Assembly: GCA_035554995.1 (NCBI GenBank)
Contig: DATMHK010000048.1
Coordinates: forward strand, 207-64,206
Reading direction: 5' to 3'
DNA length: 64,000 nt
Origin: Gemmatimonadaceae bacterium
Lineage (GTDB): Bacteria; Gemmatimonadota; Gemmatimonadetes; Gemmatimonadales; Gemmatimonadaceae
This document shows positions 48,145 to 56,230 of this stretch, in pieces (position 1 is the first letter of the stretch; the number at the start of each line of letters is the position of its first letter). Both the position numbers and the translations under genes were made by a program. Below the pieces are notes generated by a model. The model did not search any database and was not told the origin of the DNA. It was given only the letters and a program-made list of their open reading frames with translations.

Positions 48145-49643
48145 CAGCGACCCGTGCTTGCCGCGCGGCCGTCGATGCCGAGTCGCGACCACATCGCGTC
48201 GACACGCCGTTTGGTATCGTCGTCCATCTCGATCACGTCCGGCCAGTCACGGGTGAATCCTTCCTCGGGCAGCTTTCGCGTCGCGTCGAAGCCGACTTTG
48301 GAGCCGTAGGTGAAGGCGCGACTCGAGTGATCGAGCACGTCCATCGGCCCCATGGTGAACCGGGCGTCGCGCTGCGGATCGATGTTGTTGAGCGCCACCC
48401 ACCAGGCCTCCTGCGGGTCGCGCACGTTGACCCACGAATCGACGACGACGAGCACCTTCGCCAGCGACATCAACCCCTGACCCCACAGCGCGTTCATCAC
48501 TTTGTATGCCTGACCCGGATATTCCTTCTTGATCGATACGAATACGAGATTGTGGAAGATTCCTTCCGCCGGCATGTGATAGTCGACGATCTCCGGAATC
48601 GTCAGCTTGAGCAGCGGGAGGAAGATGCGCTCCGTCGCGTGGCCGAGGTAGAAGTCTTCCATCGGCGGCCGCCCGACGATCGTCGCCGGAAAGATCGGGG
48701 ACTTTCGCATGGTGATCGCTTTGACGTGCACCTGCGGATACAAATCCGCGAGCGAATAGAAGCCCGTGTGATCGCCGAACGGCCCTTCGGTGACGAGCGG
48801 TTCGGCCGGATCGATCTCCCCCTCGATCACGAAGTCTGCTTCGGCGGGCACGTCGAGATCACACGTCACGGCCTTGGTGAGCGACACGGGCTCGCGTCGC
48901 AGGAAACCGGCGAAGAGGAACTCGTCGACGGTCGGCGGCAGCGGCGCGCTCGCCGAATACATCGACGGCGGGTCAGCGCCGAGCGCGATGCAGACCGGCA
49001 TCTTCTCGCCGCGCTCGGCCATCTCGCGCCAGTGCGCCGCGCCGACTTTGTGCCGCTGCCAGTGCATGGCGAGCGTCGTCTTGCCCGTCTGCATGATGCG
49101 GTACATGCCGACGTTGCGGATGCCGCGCTTCGGGTCTCGCGTGATCACCATCGGGAAGGTGATGTATGGCCCACCGTCCTGCGGCCAGCACTTCATGAGC
49201 GGCAGCTGGTCGAGATCGACGCGGTTCCCCTGCCAAACAATTTCCTGCGACGGTGCGTCGCCGCGGCGCGTACGGGGCGGAAACTTCCCGACCTCGAGGA
49301 GCCGCGGCAGGAGCGCCAGCTTGGCGATGATCCCCTCGGGGACCTTCATCTCCATCAGTTCGGTGATGCGGCCGCCGATTTCGTCGAGCGACTCGACGCC
49401 CAGCGACATGGCCATCCGGCGCATCGAACCGAACAAGTTGATTCCCACCGGGAACGCGGACGGCTGTCCGTTCATCAGCAGGGGTCGCTCGAACAACAGC
49501 GCCTTCCCGCCGCCGGGTTGCTTCATCACCCGATCGGCGATCTCGCACATCTCGCGATCGAGCGAAACCGGCTGGGTGATGCGAACGAGCTCGCCGGCAC
49601 GATCGAGCGCCGCCACGAATTCGGTTAGGGTGTCGAGTGCCAT
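48144..49643 (-). CDS. ubiD: UbiD-family (prFMN-dependent) decarboxylase
   Basis: Start trimmed to MALDTLTEFVAALDRAGELVRI, giving 499 aa. The upstream 200 codons of the track ORF are Arg-rich and overlap ubiE. Confidence 0.92.
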   Translation of the reverse strand: MALDTLTEFVAALDRAGELVRITQPVSLDREMCEIADRVMKQPGGGKALLFERPLLMNGQPSAFPVGINLFGSMRRMAMSLGVESLDEIGGRITELMEMKVPEGIIAKLALLPRLLEVGKFPPRTRRGDAPSQEIVWQGNRVDLDQLPLMKCWPQDGGPYITFPMVITRDPKRGIRNVGMYRIMQTGKTTLAMHWQRHKVGAAHWREMAERGEKMPVCIALGADPPSMYSASAPLPPTVDEFLFAGFLRREPVSLTKAVTCDLDVPAEADFVIEGEIDPAEPLVTEGPFGDHTGFYSLADLYPQVHVKAITMRKSPIFPATIVGRPPMEDFYLGHATERIFLPLLKLTIPEIVDYHMPAEGIFHNLVFVSIKKEYPGQAYKVMNALWGQGLMSLAKVLVVVDSWVNVRDPQEAWWVALNNIDPQRDARFTMGPMDVLDHSSRAFTYGSKVGFDATRKLPEEGFTRDWPDVIEMDDDTKRRVDAMWSRLGIDGRAASTGR

Positions 49644-49672
49644 TCGGAGCCGTTCAGAGATGACCGAGCGCG

Positions 49673-50425
49673 CTAGGGCTTGGTGCCGCGGTGAATCGCC
49701 GCGACGCCGAACGTGAGCGACTGCCACTGCACGTCGCTGAATCCCGCCGCGCGCATGCGGTCGGCGAGCTTCTCCTCGGGCGGAAAGTTGGCGACCGAGC
49801 GCGGCAGATAGGTGTAGGCCGTGCGGTGGCCGCTCACGACAGCGCCGACTCGCGGAAGAACTTGGTGGAAGTAGAAGTGATAGAGCGCGCGAACCACCAC
49901 CGAACGGGGCGTCGTGAAATCGAGGATGACGAAGCGGGACCCGGGCTCGAGGACGCGCAGGACTTCTCGCAGTCCGGCGTCGAGGTCGGCGACATTCCGG
50001 ATGCCGAAGGCGACGATCGCCCCGCTCACCGAGCTCTCGCGCATCGGCAGCTGCAGCGCGTCGGATACGACCGGAGACACTGTCTCGCGCGAAACCTTGC
50101 CCGTTCCGGCACGGAGCATTGGTTCGGCGAAATCGGCCCCCACGATTCGGCCGGCAAACCCTTTGGACCGCGCCAGCTGCGCCGAGACGTCGAGTGTCCC
50201 GGCGCAAACGTCGACGTAGGTTCCGGTGGGCTTCCGCTCCCATCCGAGCACGGCCAGCGCCTTCCGGCGCCAGGCGCGGTCGATGTTGAAACTGAGCAGA
50301 TGATTGAGGAGGTCGTAGCGCGGCGCGATCTCCGAAAAGATGCGCCGAACGTAGACTCGCTTGGCCGCGCCGCCGTCCGCGGCCGCTGCCTGTGCCTCTT
50401 CCGCCTCCAACTCACGTACGGGCAT
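49673..50425 (-). CDS. ubiE: Demethylmenaquinone/ubiquinone C-methyltransferase UbiE/MenG
   Basis: 250 aa. Motifs are YDLLNHLLSFNIDRAWRR and the SAM motif VDVCAGTLD. Confidence 0.92.
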   Translation of the reverse strand: MPVRELEAEEAQAAAADGGAAKRVYVRRIFSEIAPRYDLLNHLLSFNIDRAWRRKALAVLGWERKPTGTYVDVCAGTLDVSAQLARSKGFAGRIVGADFAEPMLRAGTGKVSRETVSPVVSDALQLPMRESSVSGAIVAFGIRNVADLDAGLREVLRVLEPGSRFVILDFTTPRSVVVRALYHFYFHQVLPRVGAVVSGHRTAYTYLPRSVANFPPEEKLADRMRAAGFSDVQWQSLTFGVAAIHRGTKP

Positions 50426-50513
50426 CGTTCAAAGTTGCCGGTGCCGTCTGAGTGTGGCAAGCCGATGTGGCTGGTATGTAAGCCCTTGTGGACCTAATTT
50501 TTGCTTGGCCGAA

Positions 50514-51140
50514 ATGCCACCAGCCCTCGACCTCTTCAACCTTCCGGACGCCGACGTCGTTGCGCTGGCTCAGCAAGGGCGAGATTCGGCATTCCGTGAG
50601 TTGATTCGCCGGTACGAGCGACCCGTGTTCTCGCTGATCTATCGCATGGTCCGCGATCGCGAGCTGGCCGAGGATCTCGCCCAGGACACGTTCATCAAGG
50701 TCCTGAACCACATCGACCGGTATCGGCCTGAGTTCAAGCTTTCGAGCTGGCTGTTCAAGATCGCCAACAACGTGGCGATCGATCACCTGCGCCGACGGCA
50801 CCTCGACACGATCAGCATCGACGGCTCTCCGCACGCCCAGACCGCCGACGCCATCGAGGCGACCTCATTCGACGTGGCGGTGCAACAAGAATCCGCACTC
50901 GACGAGCTCGAGGCCCGTGAGCTGGGAACCGCCATCGAGCGCGCCATCTCGGGGCTGCGGCCGGAATACCGCTCCTGCATCATGCTGCGCCATGTGGAAG
51001 GCCGGTCGTACGAAGAGATCGCCACCACGTTGGACCTTCCGCTCGGTACCGTGAAGACCTACATCCATCGCGCCCGGCATGAGCTGCGCAGGGCGCTCGA
51101 ACACGTTCGCGAGGGCGACGCGTCCGATGACGACGAATAG
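50514..51140 (+). CDS. ECF (group 4) RNA polymerase sigma factor
   Basis: Start trimmed to MPPALDLFNL. Region 2 is FRELIRRYERPVFSLIYRMVRDRELAEDLAQDTFIK, and region 4 is SYEEIATTLDLPLGTVKTYIHRARHELR. Confidence 0.9.
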   Translation: MPPALDLFNLPDADVVALAQQGRDSAFRELIRRYERPVFSLIYRMVRDRELAEDLAQDTFIKVLNHIDRYRPEFKLSSWLFKIANNVAIDHLRRRHLDTISIDGSPHAQTADAIEATSFDVAVQQESALDELEARELGTAIERAISGLRPEYRSCIMLRHVEGRSYEEIATTLDLPLGTVKTYIHRARHELRRALEHVREGDASDDDE

Positions 51141-51183
51141 GCCTGGCCCTCGCATGGGTATCCCGGTGACCGGCATCACCGTC

Positions 51184-51249
51184 GGCTGCTCGGCAACTCG
51201 GCTTCTCGGCTGTTGCCGAGCGGCCGAGGAGCCGAGAGGCCGAGTAGCC
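51184..51249. repeat. Octamer-built hairpin: (NNCTCGGC)x3 - TGTT - (GCCGAGNN)x4
   Basis: Read directly. Three 6-bp CTCGGC:GCCGAG helices are separated by 2x2 mismatches. It lies in the 159-nt spacer between the sigma and anti-sigma genes. Confidence 0.85.
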
Positions 51250-51299
51250 ATTCTGAAACCCTGTCCCACCCACCTCCGTATAGCTACACCGGAGACTCA

Positions 51300-51890
51300 A
51301 TGAACCATCGGCACCTGCTTCCCGACGAGATCGATCTCCTCCTCGATGACGAGGTGGGCTTTGGCGTTCCCCCCCTTCGCGCCCATTTGCGCGAATGTGG
51401 CGAGTGCCGGGCTCGCGTCGAGGATGCGCGGATGGCGGTGGACGCCCTCGAGGCGGTCCCCCATTTCGCACCTACGCACACCTTTGCCGATAAGGTGATG
51501 TCCCAGGTGCCGGTGTTCGTCCCGTGGCACGTCACGGCGCGCGATACCGTCGCCCGCTGGCTGCCGCAATCGCGGCCGGCTCGCGTCGCCGTGGCGCTGC
51601 TCGCCACATCCGCAGCCTCTGTCATGACGGTGGCGATCCTCTGGATCGCGACTCAGACAGACGTCCTTGTCCTGGCTTCCGGCGCCGCGGGCGACCGGGT
51701 TCGTTCGCTGGTCTTCGAGGCGGGCCGTGTCGTACTTGCCACTGTCTTCGGTGACCAGATGTTCCGGATCATCCAAAGCACCGGCGTCGTGGGTGTAGCC
51801 GCCGCGCTGCTTGGACTGGCCGCGGCAACCGCCGGTTCAATCGCCGGGCTCCGCTCACTAGCGATAGCGTCAAGCCGCCGTCGGGCGTAG
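51300..51890 (+). CDS. Anti-sigma factor (zf-HC2 type) with C-terminal TM segments
   Basis: Start trimmed to MNHRHLLPDEIDLL. HLRECGECRARV matches the H-x3-C-x2-C motif. Hydrophobic segments follow. Confidence 0.75.
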   Translation: MNHRHLLPDEIDLLLDDEVGFGVPPLRAHLRECGECRARVEDARMAVDALEAVPHFAPTHTFADKVMSQVPVFVPWHVTARDTVARWLPQSRPARVAVALLATSAASVMTVAILWIATQTDVLVLASGAAGDRVRSLVFEAGRVVLATVFGDQMFRIIQSTGVVGVAAALLGLAAATAGSIAGLRSLAIASSRRRA

Positions 51891-51897
51891 TACCAGC

Positions 51898-52998
51898 ATG
51901 CGCGCCCTATTCGTTTTTGCCACCCTGGCGCTCGGGAGCGCCTCGACGTTGGCGCAGGCTCAGAATCAGGGAACGAAGCGTCCCGCGGCCGACAGCGCGC
52001 GAGACACTGCGCAGCTGTCGCGCGAAATCGCTCAGCAGCGCGCCGCGGGCGAGAAATATCTCCCCGACGCCGAACAGTTCACCTTTGGCGACCGCACGAT
52101 CCAGGCGGGGACCCGGGTCGACGGGCCGATCGCCGTAGCCCACGGAAATCTCGACGTATTCGGCACTGTCAACGGAGACGTCGTCGCCCTTGGCGGCGAC
52201 GTTCGCGTTCATAAGGGTGCGAGAGTCACTGGAGATGCCTGGGCCGCCGCCGGCAAGGTGTTGATCGAAGGCGGCAGCGTGGATGGCGGCAAGCGTTCGA
52301 TCGAAGGCGCGCCAACGATCGTGTCGGCTGCGCAGCCGCGACATCCACTCACGACCTGGGACTCGATCAAGCTCGTGCTCGGGTGGTTCGCGCTCTTCGC
52401 GATCATCGGGATCGGCGTGATGATCTTCACCGAGGCGAACCTCGACGGTGTCGTCATCGCGCTCGAGCGCGGATTCGCCCGGTCGTTCTGGATCGGGCTG
52501 GCGGGTGAAGTGCTCATCCTGCCCGCCCTGCTCGTGCTCGTCGTCGCGCTCGCGATCACGATCCTCGGCGTGCTGCTCATCCCATTCGCCATCGTCGCGT
52601 ACGTCATCGCCGCGGCCGGCTTGCTCACTCTCGGGTTCCTTGCCGTCGCGCGACTCACCGGTCGCGCGATCACGTCGGATCGCGGCACGACGACGCCTCG
52701 CGGCGTTCACGTGCGCGCCTTGATGATCGGGCTCATCGTATTCGGCGCCATCTGGATGCTCGCGGCGTCGTTCACGTGGAGTCCAGTGTTTGGCGCCATT
52801 CTGCGCGCGGTCGCGATCGCGATCACCTGGGTCGCGGCAACGGTCGGGCTTGGCGCGACGATCATTTCTCGCGCGGGAACCCAGCGAGCCGGCGCCATCG
52901 GTTCGCGAACGTCGACGGACGAGCTAGCCTGGCAAACGCCGACGCCGGTCACCGGCGTAGCGGCGTCATCGCGCCGACCGGTCTCGTCGGCGAGGTAG
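51898..52998 (+). CDS. Membrane protein with N-terminal beta-helix (bactofilin/polymer-forming-like) repeats and a multi-TM C-terminal half
   Basis: 366 aa with signal peptide ...STLAQAQ. The repeat region is GNLDVFGTVNGDVVALGGDVRVHKGARVTGDAWAAAGKVLIEGGSVDG, followed by about 5 TM helices. Confidence 0.7.
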   Translation: MRALFVFATLALGSASTLAQAQNQGTKRPAADSARDTAQLSREIAQQRAAGEKYLPDAEQFTFGDRTIQAGTRVDGPIAVAHGNLDVFGTVNGDVVALGGDVRVHKGARVTGDAWAAAGKVLIEGGSVDGGKRSIEGAPTIVSAAQPRHPLTTWDSIKLVLGWFALFAIIGIGVMIFTEANLDGVVIALERGFARSFWIGLAGEVLILPALLVLVVALAITILGVLLIPFAIVAYVIAAAGLLTLGFLAVARLTGRAITSDRGTTTPRGVHVRALMIGLIVFGAIWMLAASFTWSPVFGAILRAVAIAITWVAATVGLGATIISRAGTQRAGAIGSRTSTDELAWQTPTPVTGVAASSRRPVSSAR

Positions 52999-53002
52999 GG
53001 CG

Positions 53003-53092
53003 CTTCTCGGCTTCTCGGCAGCCGAGGCGCCGAGCCGCCGAGCCGCCGAGCCGCCGAGCCGCCGAGCCGCCGAGCCGCCGAGCCGCCGAGTC
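53003..53092. repeat. Octamer arrays: CTTCTCGG x2 followed by GCCGAGNC x9
   Basis: Counted directly. There are nine consecutive 8-nt units at 53021-53092, seven of them identical (GCCGAGCC). The array lies between two + strand genes. Confidence 0.9.
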
Positions 53093-53110
53093 ACCCTTCT
53101 GGAATACCGC

Positions 53111-54055
53111 TTGCCTCGCTCGGGCGCGATGGTGATCAAGGGATTCCGCGTCGGCGTACTCCTCAAGAAGACGTTTCGCGAGATCGGCGAGGACGGGATC
53201 TCTACGCTCGCCGCGTCAGCCGCGTACAACTTTTTCTTTTCGCTCTTTCCGCTGCTGCTCTTTCTCGCGCCGGTGTTCAGTCTCGCCGGCAACAAAGAGC
53301 GGACAGTCGGCTGGCTGATGTCGCAGCTCACGTCGGTGCTTCCGCCGGCGCAGCTCGAAGCGATCCGGCCCGTGCTCGAGAAGGTCGTGTTTTCGCCGAG
53401 CGCACCCGGGCTCATGTCCATCGGCCTGTTGCTCGCCGCGTGGTCGGGATCGAACGTGTTCGGCACCCTCATGGGCGCGCTGAACACCGCGTACGACGTT
53501 CCTGAGACGCGGTCCTGGCTCAAGCAGCAGAGCATCCGGCTCATCACTTTCGCGCTCGGCAGCGTCATCGTCATCGTCTCGACGCTGATCTTTCTCAATG
53601 GCGAAGGCATCGCCGACTTGGTCGGCAAGGCGCTGCATCTCGGACCGGCGTTCGTTTTTCTCTGGAAAGCGATCCAGTTCCCGATGTCGGCCGTGGGATT
53701 GATGGCCCTGGCCTATACGACTTTCTATTTCCTGCCGGATGTTCGGCAGCGGAAGAGTCACGTCGTGATCGCCGCCGCGCTGACGACGATCTTTTGGATC
53801 CTGGCGACCCTCGCCTTCCGCCTCTACATAAAGCATTTCCCGCCGAACCCCGCGTACGGGCTGATCGGCGGCGTGATCATCATGTTGACGTGGATGTATT
53901 ACACGATGTTCGTCGTGCTGGTCGGCGGAGAGCTCGCGTCGGAATTGCACCACGGCACAGGCGCGGTGGCGCCGGACAAGGGAGAGACCTTGCTCGGACG
54001 CATCGTGTCCGGGAGCGGCCCGGGAAGCGCTTCGGTCAAGCGCGGCACGTCCTAG
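53111..54055 (+). CDS. YihY/BrkB-family inner-membrane protein
   Basis: 314 aa. EDGISTLAASAAYNFFFSLFPLLLFL is a typical YihY N-terminus, followed by 6 TM segments. An alternative start is M7 (53129). Confidence 0.85.
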   Translation: MPRSGAMVIKGFRVGVLLKKTFREIGEDGISTLAASAAYNFFFSLFPLLLFLAPVFSLAGNKERTVGWLMSQLTSVLPPAQLEAIRPVLEKVVFSPSAPGLMSIGLLLAAWSGSNVFGTLMGALNTAYDVPETRSWLKQQSIRLITFALGSVIVIVSTLIFLNGEGIADLVGKALHLGPAFVFLWKAIQFPMSAVGLMALAYTTFYFLPDVRQRKSHVVIAAALTTIFWILATLAFRLYIKHFPPNPAYGLIGGVIIMLTWMYYTMFVVLVGGELASELHHGTGAVAPDKGETLLGRIVSGSGPGSASVKRGTS

Positions 54056-54822
54056 CGGGCAACGACATCCGCGTTGTCGGGGTGCAGTACGACGCGCGCG
54101 CCGCGTGACAACCCCAGCGACGCCGACGCGTTGCCGTCGCGGACGGCGATCTCGATGAAACCAGTCGAGCCGACGACAGCGATCGCCTCTCCCGGCGATC
54201 CCTCGGCGTATGTGCCGTGCAGAATGACGCGATGCGCGCCGACTTCCAGCGCGCCGCCGCGCCGGCCGATCAAGTTCGTCACCGCGTTGCCGAAACGGTC
54301 GACGACGATCACTTCGCCCTCGATGGCGCCATCGGGCCGCCGCGTCGGCTCGGGTGTCCGATGCACGATCGGCGTCGCTGCCTCCTGACCCAAGGCGTCA
54401 ACCGACGCGCCGCACGCCAGCGCCGCGGCAGCCGGGGCGAAGACGTCGCGGCCGTGAAAGGTCGCCGACGCGCCACGCGGGACCGGCAGCTCTACCGCAC
54501 GCATACCCGCAAAGAGGAGCGCCGGAGACAGCACGCCATTGTCCGGGCCAACGAGAAATCGCTCGTCACTCGCTACGGCAAGCGCGGCGCGCGGCGAGCC
54601 GACGCCAGGGTCGACGATCACCACATGAGTGGTGCGAGCCGGGAATCGTCGCCAGACACGCGCCACGGTGAGCCGCGCGCGCTCGACATCCTGCGGCGGA
54701 ATGTCGTGCGTGATGTCGATGATCTGCGCGTCCGGGGCATTCGTCGCGATCACGCCCTTCATCTCGCCGACGTAGCCGTCGACGGTGCCGAAGTCGGTTG
54801 TCAGTGTAATGATCGGGCGCAC
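54052..54822 (-). CDS. SAM hydroxide adenosyltransferase family protein (DUF62; fluorinase/chlorinase-related fold)
   Basis: Start trimmed to the GTG overlapping the MATE stop by 1 nt. RPIITLTTDFGTVDGYVGEMKGVI is the family's N-terminal signature as I recall it. Confidence 0.82.
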   Translation of the reverse strand: MRPIITLTTDFGTVDGYVGEMKGVIATNAPDAQIIDITHDIPPQDVERARLTVARVWRRFPARTTHVVIVDPGVGSPRAALAVASDERFLVGPDNGVLSPALLFAGMRAVELPVPRGASATFHGRDVFAPAAAALACGASVDALGQEAATPIVHRTPEPTRRPDGAIEGEVIVVDRFGNAVTNLIGRRGGALEVGAHRVILHGTYAEGSPGEAIAVVGSTGFIEIAVRDGNASASLGLSRGARVVLHPDNADVVAR

Positions 54823-56225
54823 TAGATAGACTTGCGCTTCCAACGGCCCCAGCGCCAGAGCGCCGCCATCGCCAAGCCACGCCCGATCGCGGTGAGTGAG
54901 ATGACCCACCAGATGCCACTCGATCCCCATCGATCAGCGGCCATTCCGGCGAGCGGAATACGCGAGGCGGTAAGCGCCGTCGATGCGATCATTGGCGGAA
55001 CCGTCTCCCCCGCTCCGCCGAGCGCACCCTCGAGGACGACCTCCGCGCACACTGCGAGCTGCGAGACCGCGGCGATTCGTAGATACTTGACCGCCTCGGC
55101 AATCACCGCCGGATCGCTCGTGAACAGCGCCGCGAACTGTCGCGGTATTCCGAGCTCCAGAGCGAAAGCGACGACCCCGAGCATCGTGCAGAAGCCGGTG
55201 GCGAGCCAGCCGGCGCGCGCCGCGCGATCGGGGCGATGCGCGCCGAGGTTCTGTCCAACGATCGCCGCCGTCGCCGCCCCGAAGCCGACGCCGACCATGA
55301 ACAACCAACTTTCGACGCGGTGGCCGATGCCGAGCGCGGCGAGCGCCGGCGTGCCGAAACGTGTCGTCGTTCGCGTGAGCACGACGTAGATGACGCTGAA
55401 CGCGACGCCGGTGAGCGCGGTTGGCATCCCGACCTTCGCCACGGCACGCACGGACTCGAATTGAATGCGGCCGACGCGGAGTAGCCCGCGGCGCGCGGCG
55501 ATGATCGTCCCGAGGAGGAAGGCCACGCCACGCGTGCCGATCGTCGCGATCGCCGCGCCTTCGATGCCGAGTCGCGGAAATGGGCCGAGCCCGAGCATCA
55601 GGACTGGATCGAGAAACAGCGTGATCCCGACCGACGACAGCAACAGCACAAACGGCGTCTTCGTATCGCCGGAGGCTCGGAAGGTCGCGTCGATCGCGAA
55701 GAAGCCGTAGATCAGCGGCGTGCCTACCAGATAGGTGCTGAGATATGTGCGCCCGAGCGTCGTGACGTCGGACGGCGTGTGCATCACCGCGAACAGCGTG
55801 TCCAGCCAGGCGAGACCGGCCGCCGCGACGATGACCCCCAGCACGAGCGAGAAGACGAGCGAATCGCCGGCCAGTCGGGACGCCTCGCGCTCGCGGCCTT
55901 CGCCGTGGCGTCGCGCCGCGACCGCCGTCAGCCCCACGCCGACCATCTCGGCGAGCGAGATGATCATCCAGATCCAGAAGAGCGACGTCGAGACGGCGGC
56001 GAGCCCGGACGCGCCGATCCGGGTGCCGACCCAGAACGCGTCCACCGACGAGAACAGCGTCATGAGCAACGACGACGCGACCGCCGGCATCGCGACGCGA
56101 ATGATCGTCGCGCGAATCGAGTCGGTGACGAGCTGCGCGCCCTCGCGCGCGTCCGCGACGGCGACCGCCGCGATTCCTTCGTGCGGCTCGAGCGGAAGCG
56201 ACGCGGTCGGCGTCGGCTCGAGCAT
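54822..56225 (-). CDS. MATE-family efflux transporter
   Basis: Start trimmed to MLEPTPTASL. The protein is 467 aa with 12 predicted TM segments and IIRVAMPAVASSLLMTLFSSVDAFWVG, a typical MATE N-terminus. Confidence 0.9.
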   Translation of the reverse strand: MLEPTPTASLPLEPHEGIAAVAVADAREGAQLVTDSIRATIIRVAMPAVASSLLMTLFSSVDAFWVGTRIGASGLAAVSTSLFWIWMIISLAEMVGVGLTAVAARRHGEGREREASRLAGDSLVFSLVLGVIVAAAGLAWLDTLFAVMHTPSDVTTLGRTYLSTYLVGTPLIYGFFAIDATFRASGDTKTPFVLLLSSVGITLFLDPVLMLGLGPFPRLGIEGAAIATIGTRGVAFLLGTIIAARRGLLRVGRIQFESVRAVAKVGMPTALTGVAFSVIYVVLTRTTTRFGTPALAALGIGHRVESWLFMVGVGFGAATAAIVGQNLGAHRPDRAARAGWLATGFCTMLGVVAFALELGIPRQFAALFTSDPAVIAEAVKYLRIAAVSQLAVCAEVVLEGALGGAGETVPPMIASTALTASRIPLAGMAADRWGSSGIWWVISLTAIGRGLAMAALWRWGRWKRKSI

Positions 56226-56230
56226 GCGGC

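Noticed and set aside
49644-50243. 5' extension of about 200 codons on the ubiD ORF (track ORF 48144-50243)
   Set aside because: The extension is Arg-rich and overlaps ubiE on the same strand in another frame. The UbiD homology begins at MALDTLTEF (49643).
53021-53092. Octamer array read as a protein repeat (RRAAEPPS)n in ORF 52776-53135, or (RLGGSAAR)n in ORF 52966-53628
   Set aside because: An 8-nt period cannot maintain one reading frame for a selected peptide repeat. Both ORFs otherwise overlap real genes out of frame, so I treat the array as a non-coding tandem repeat.
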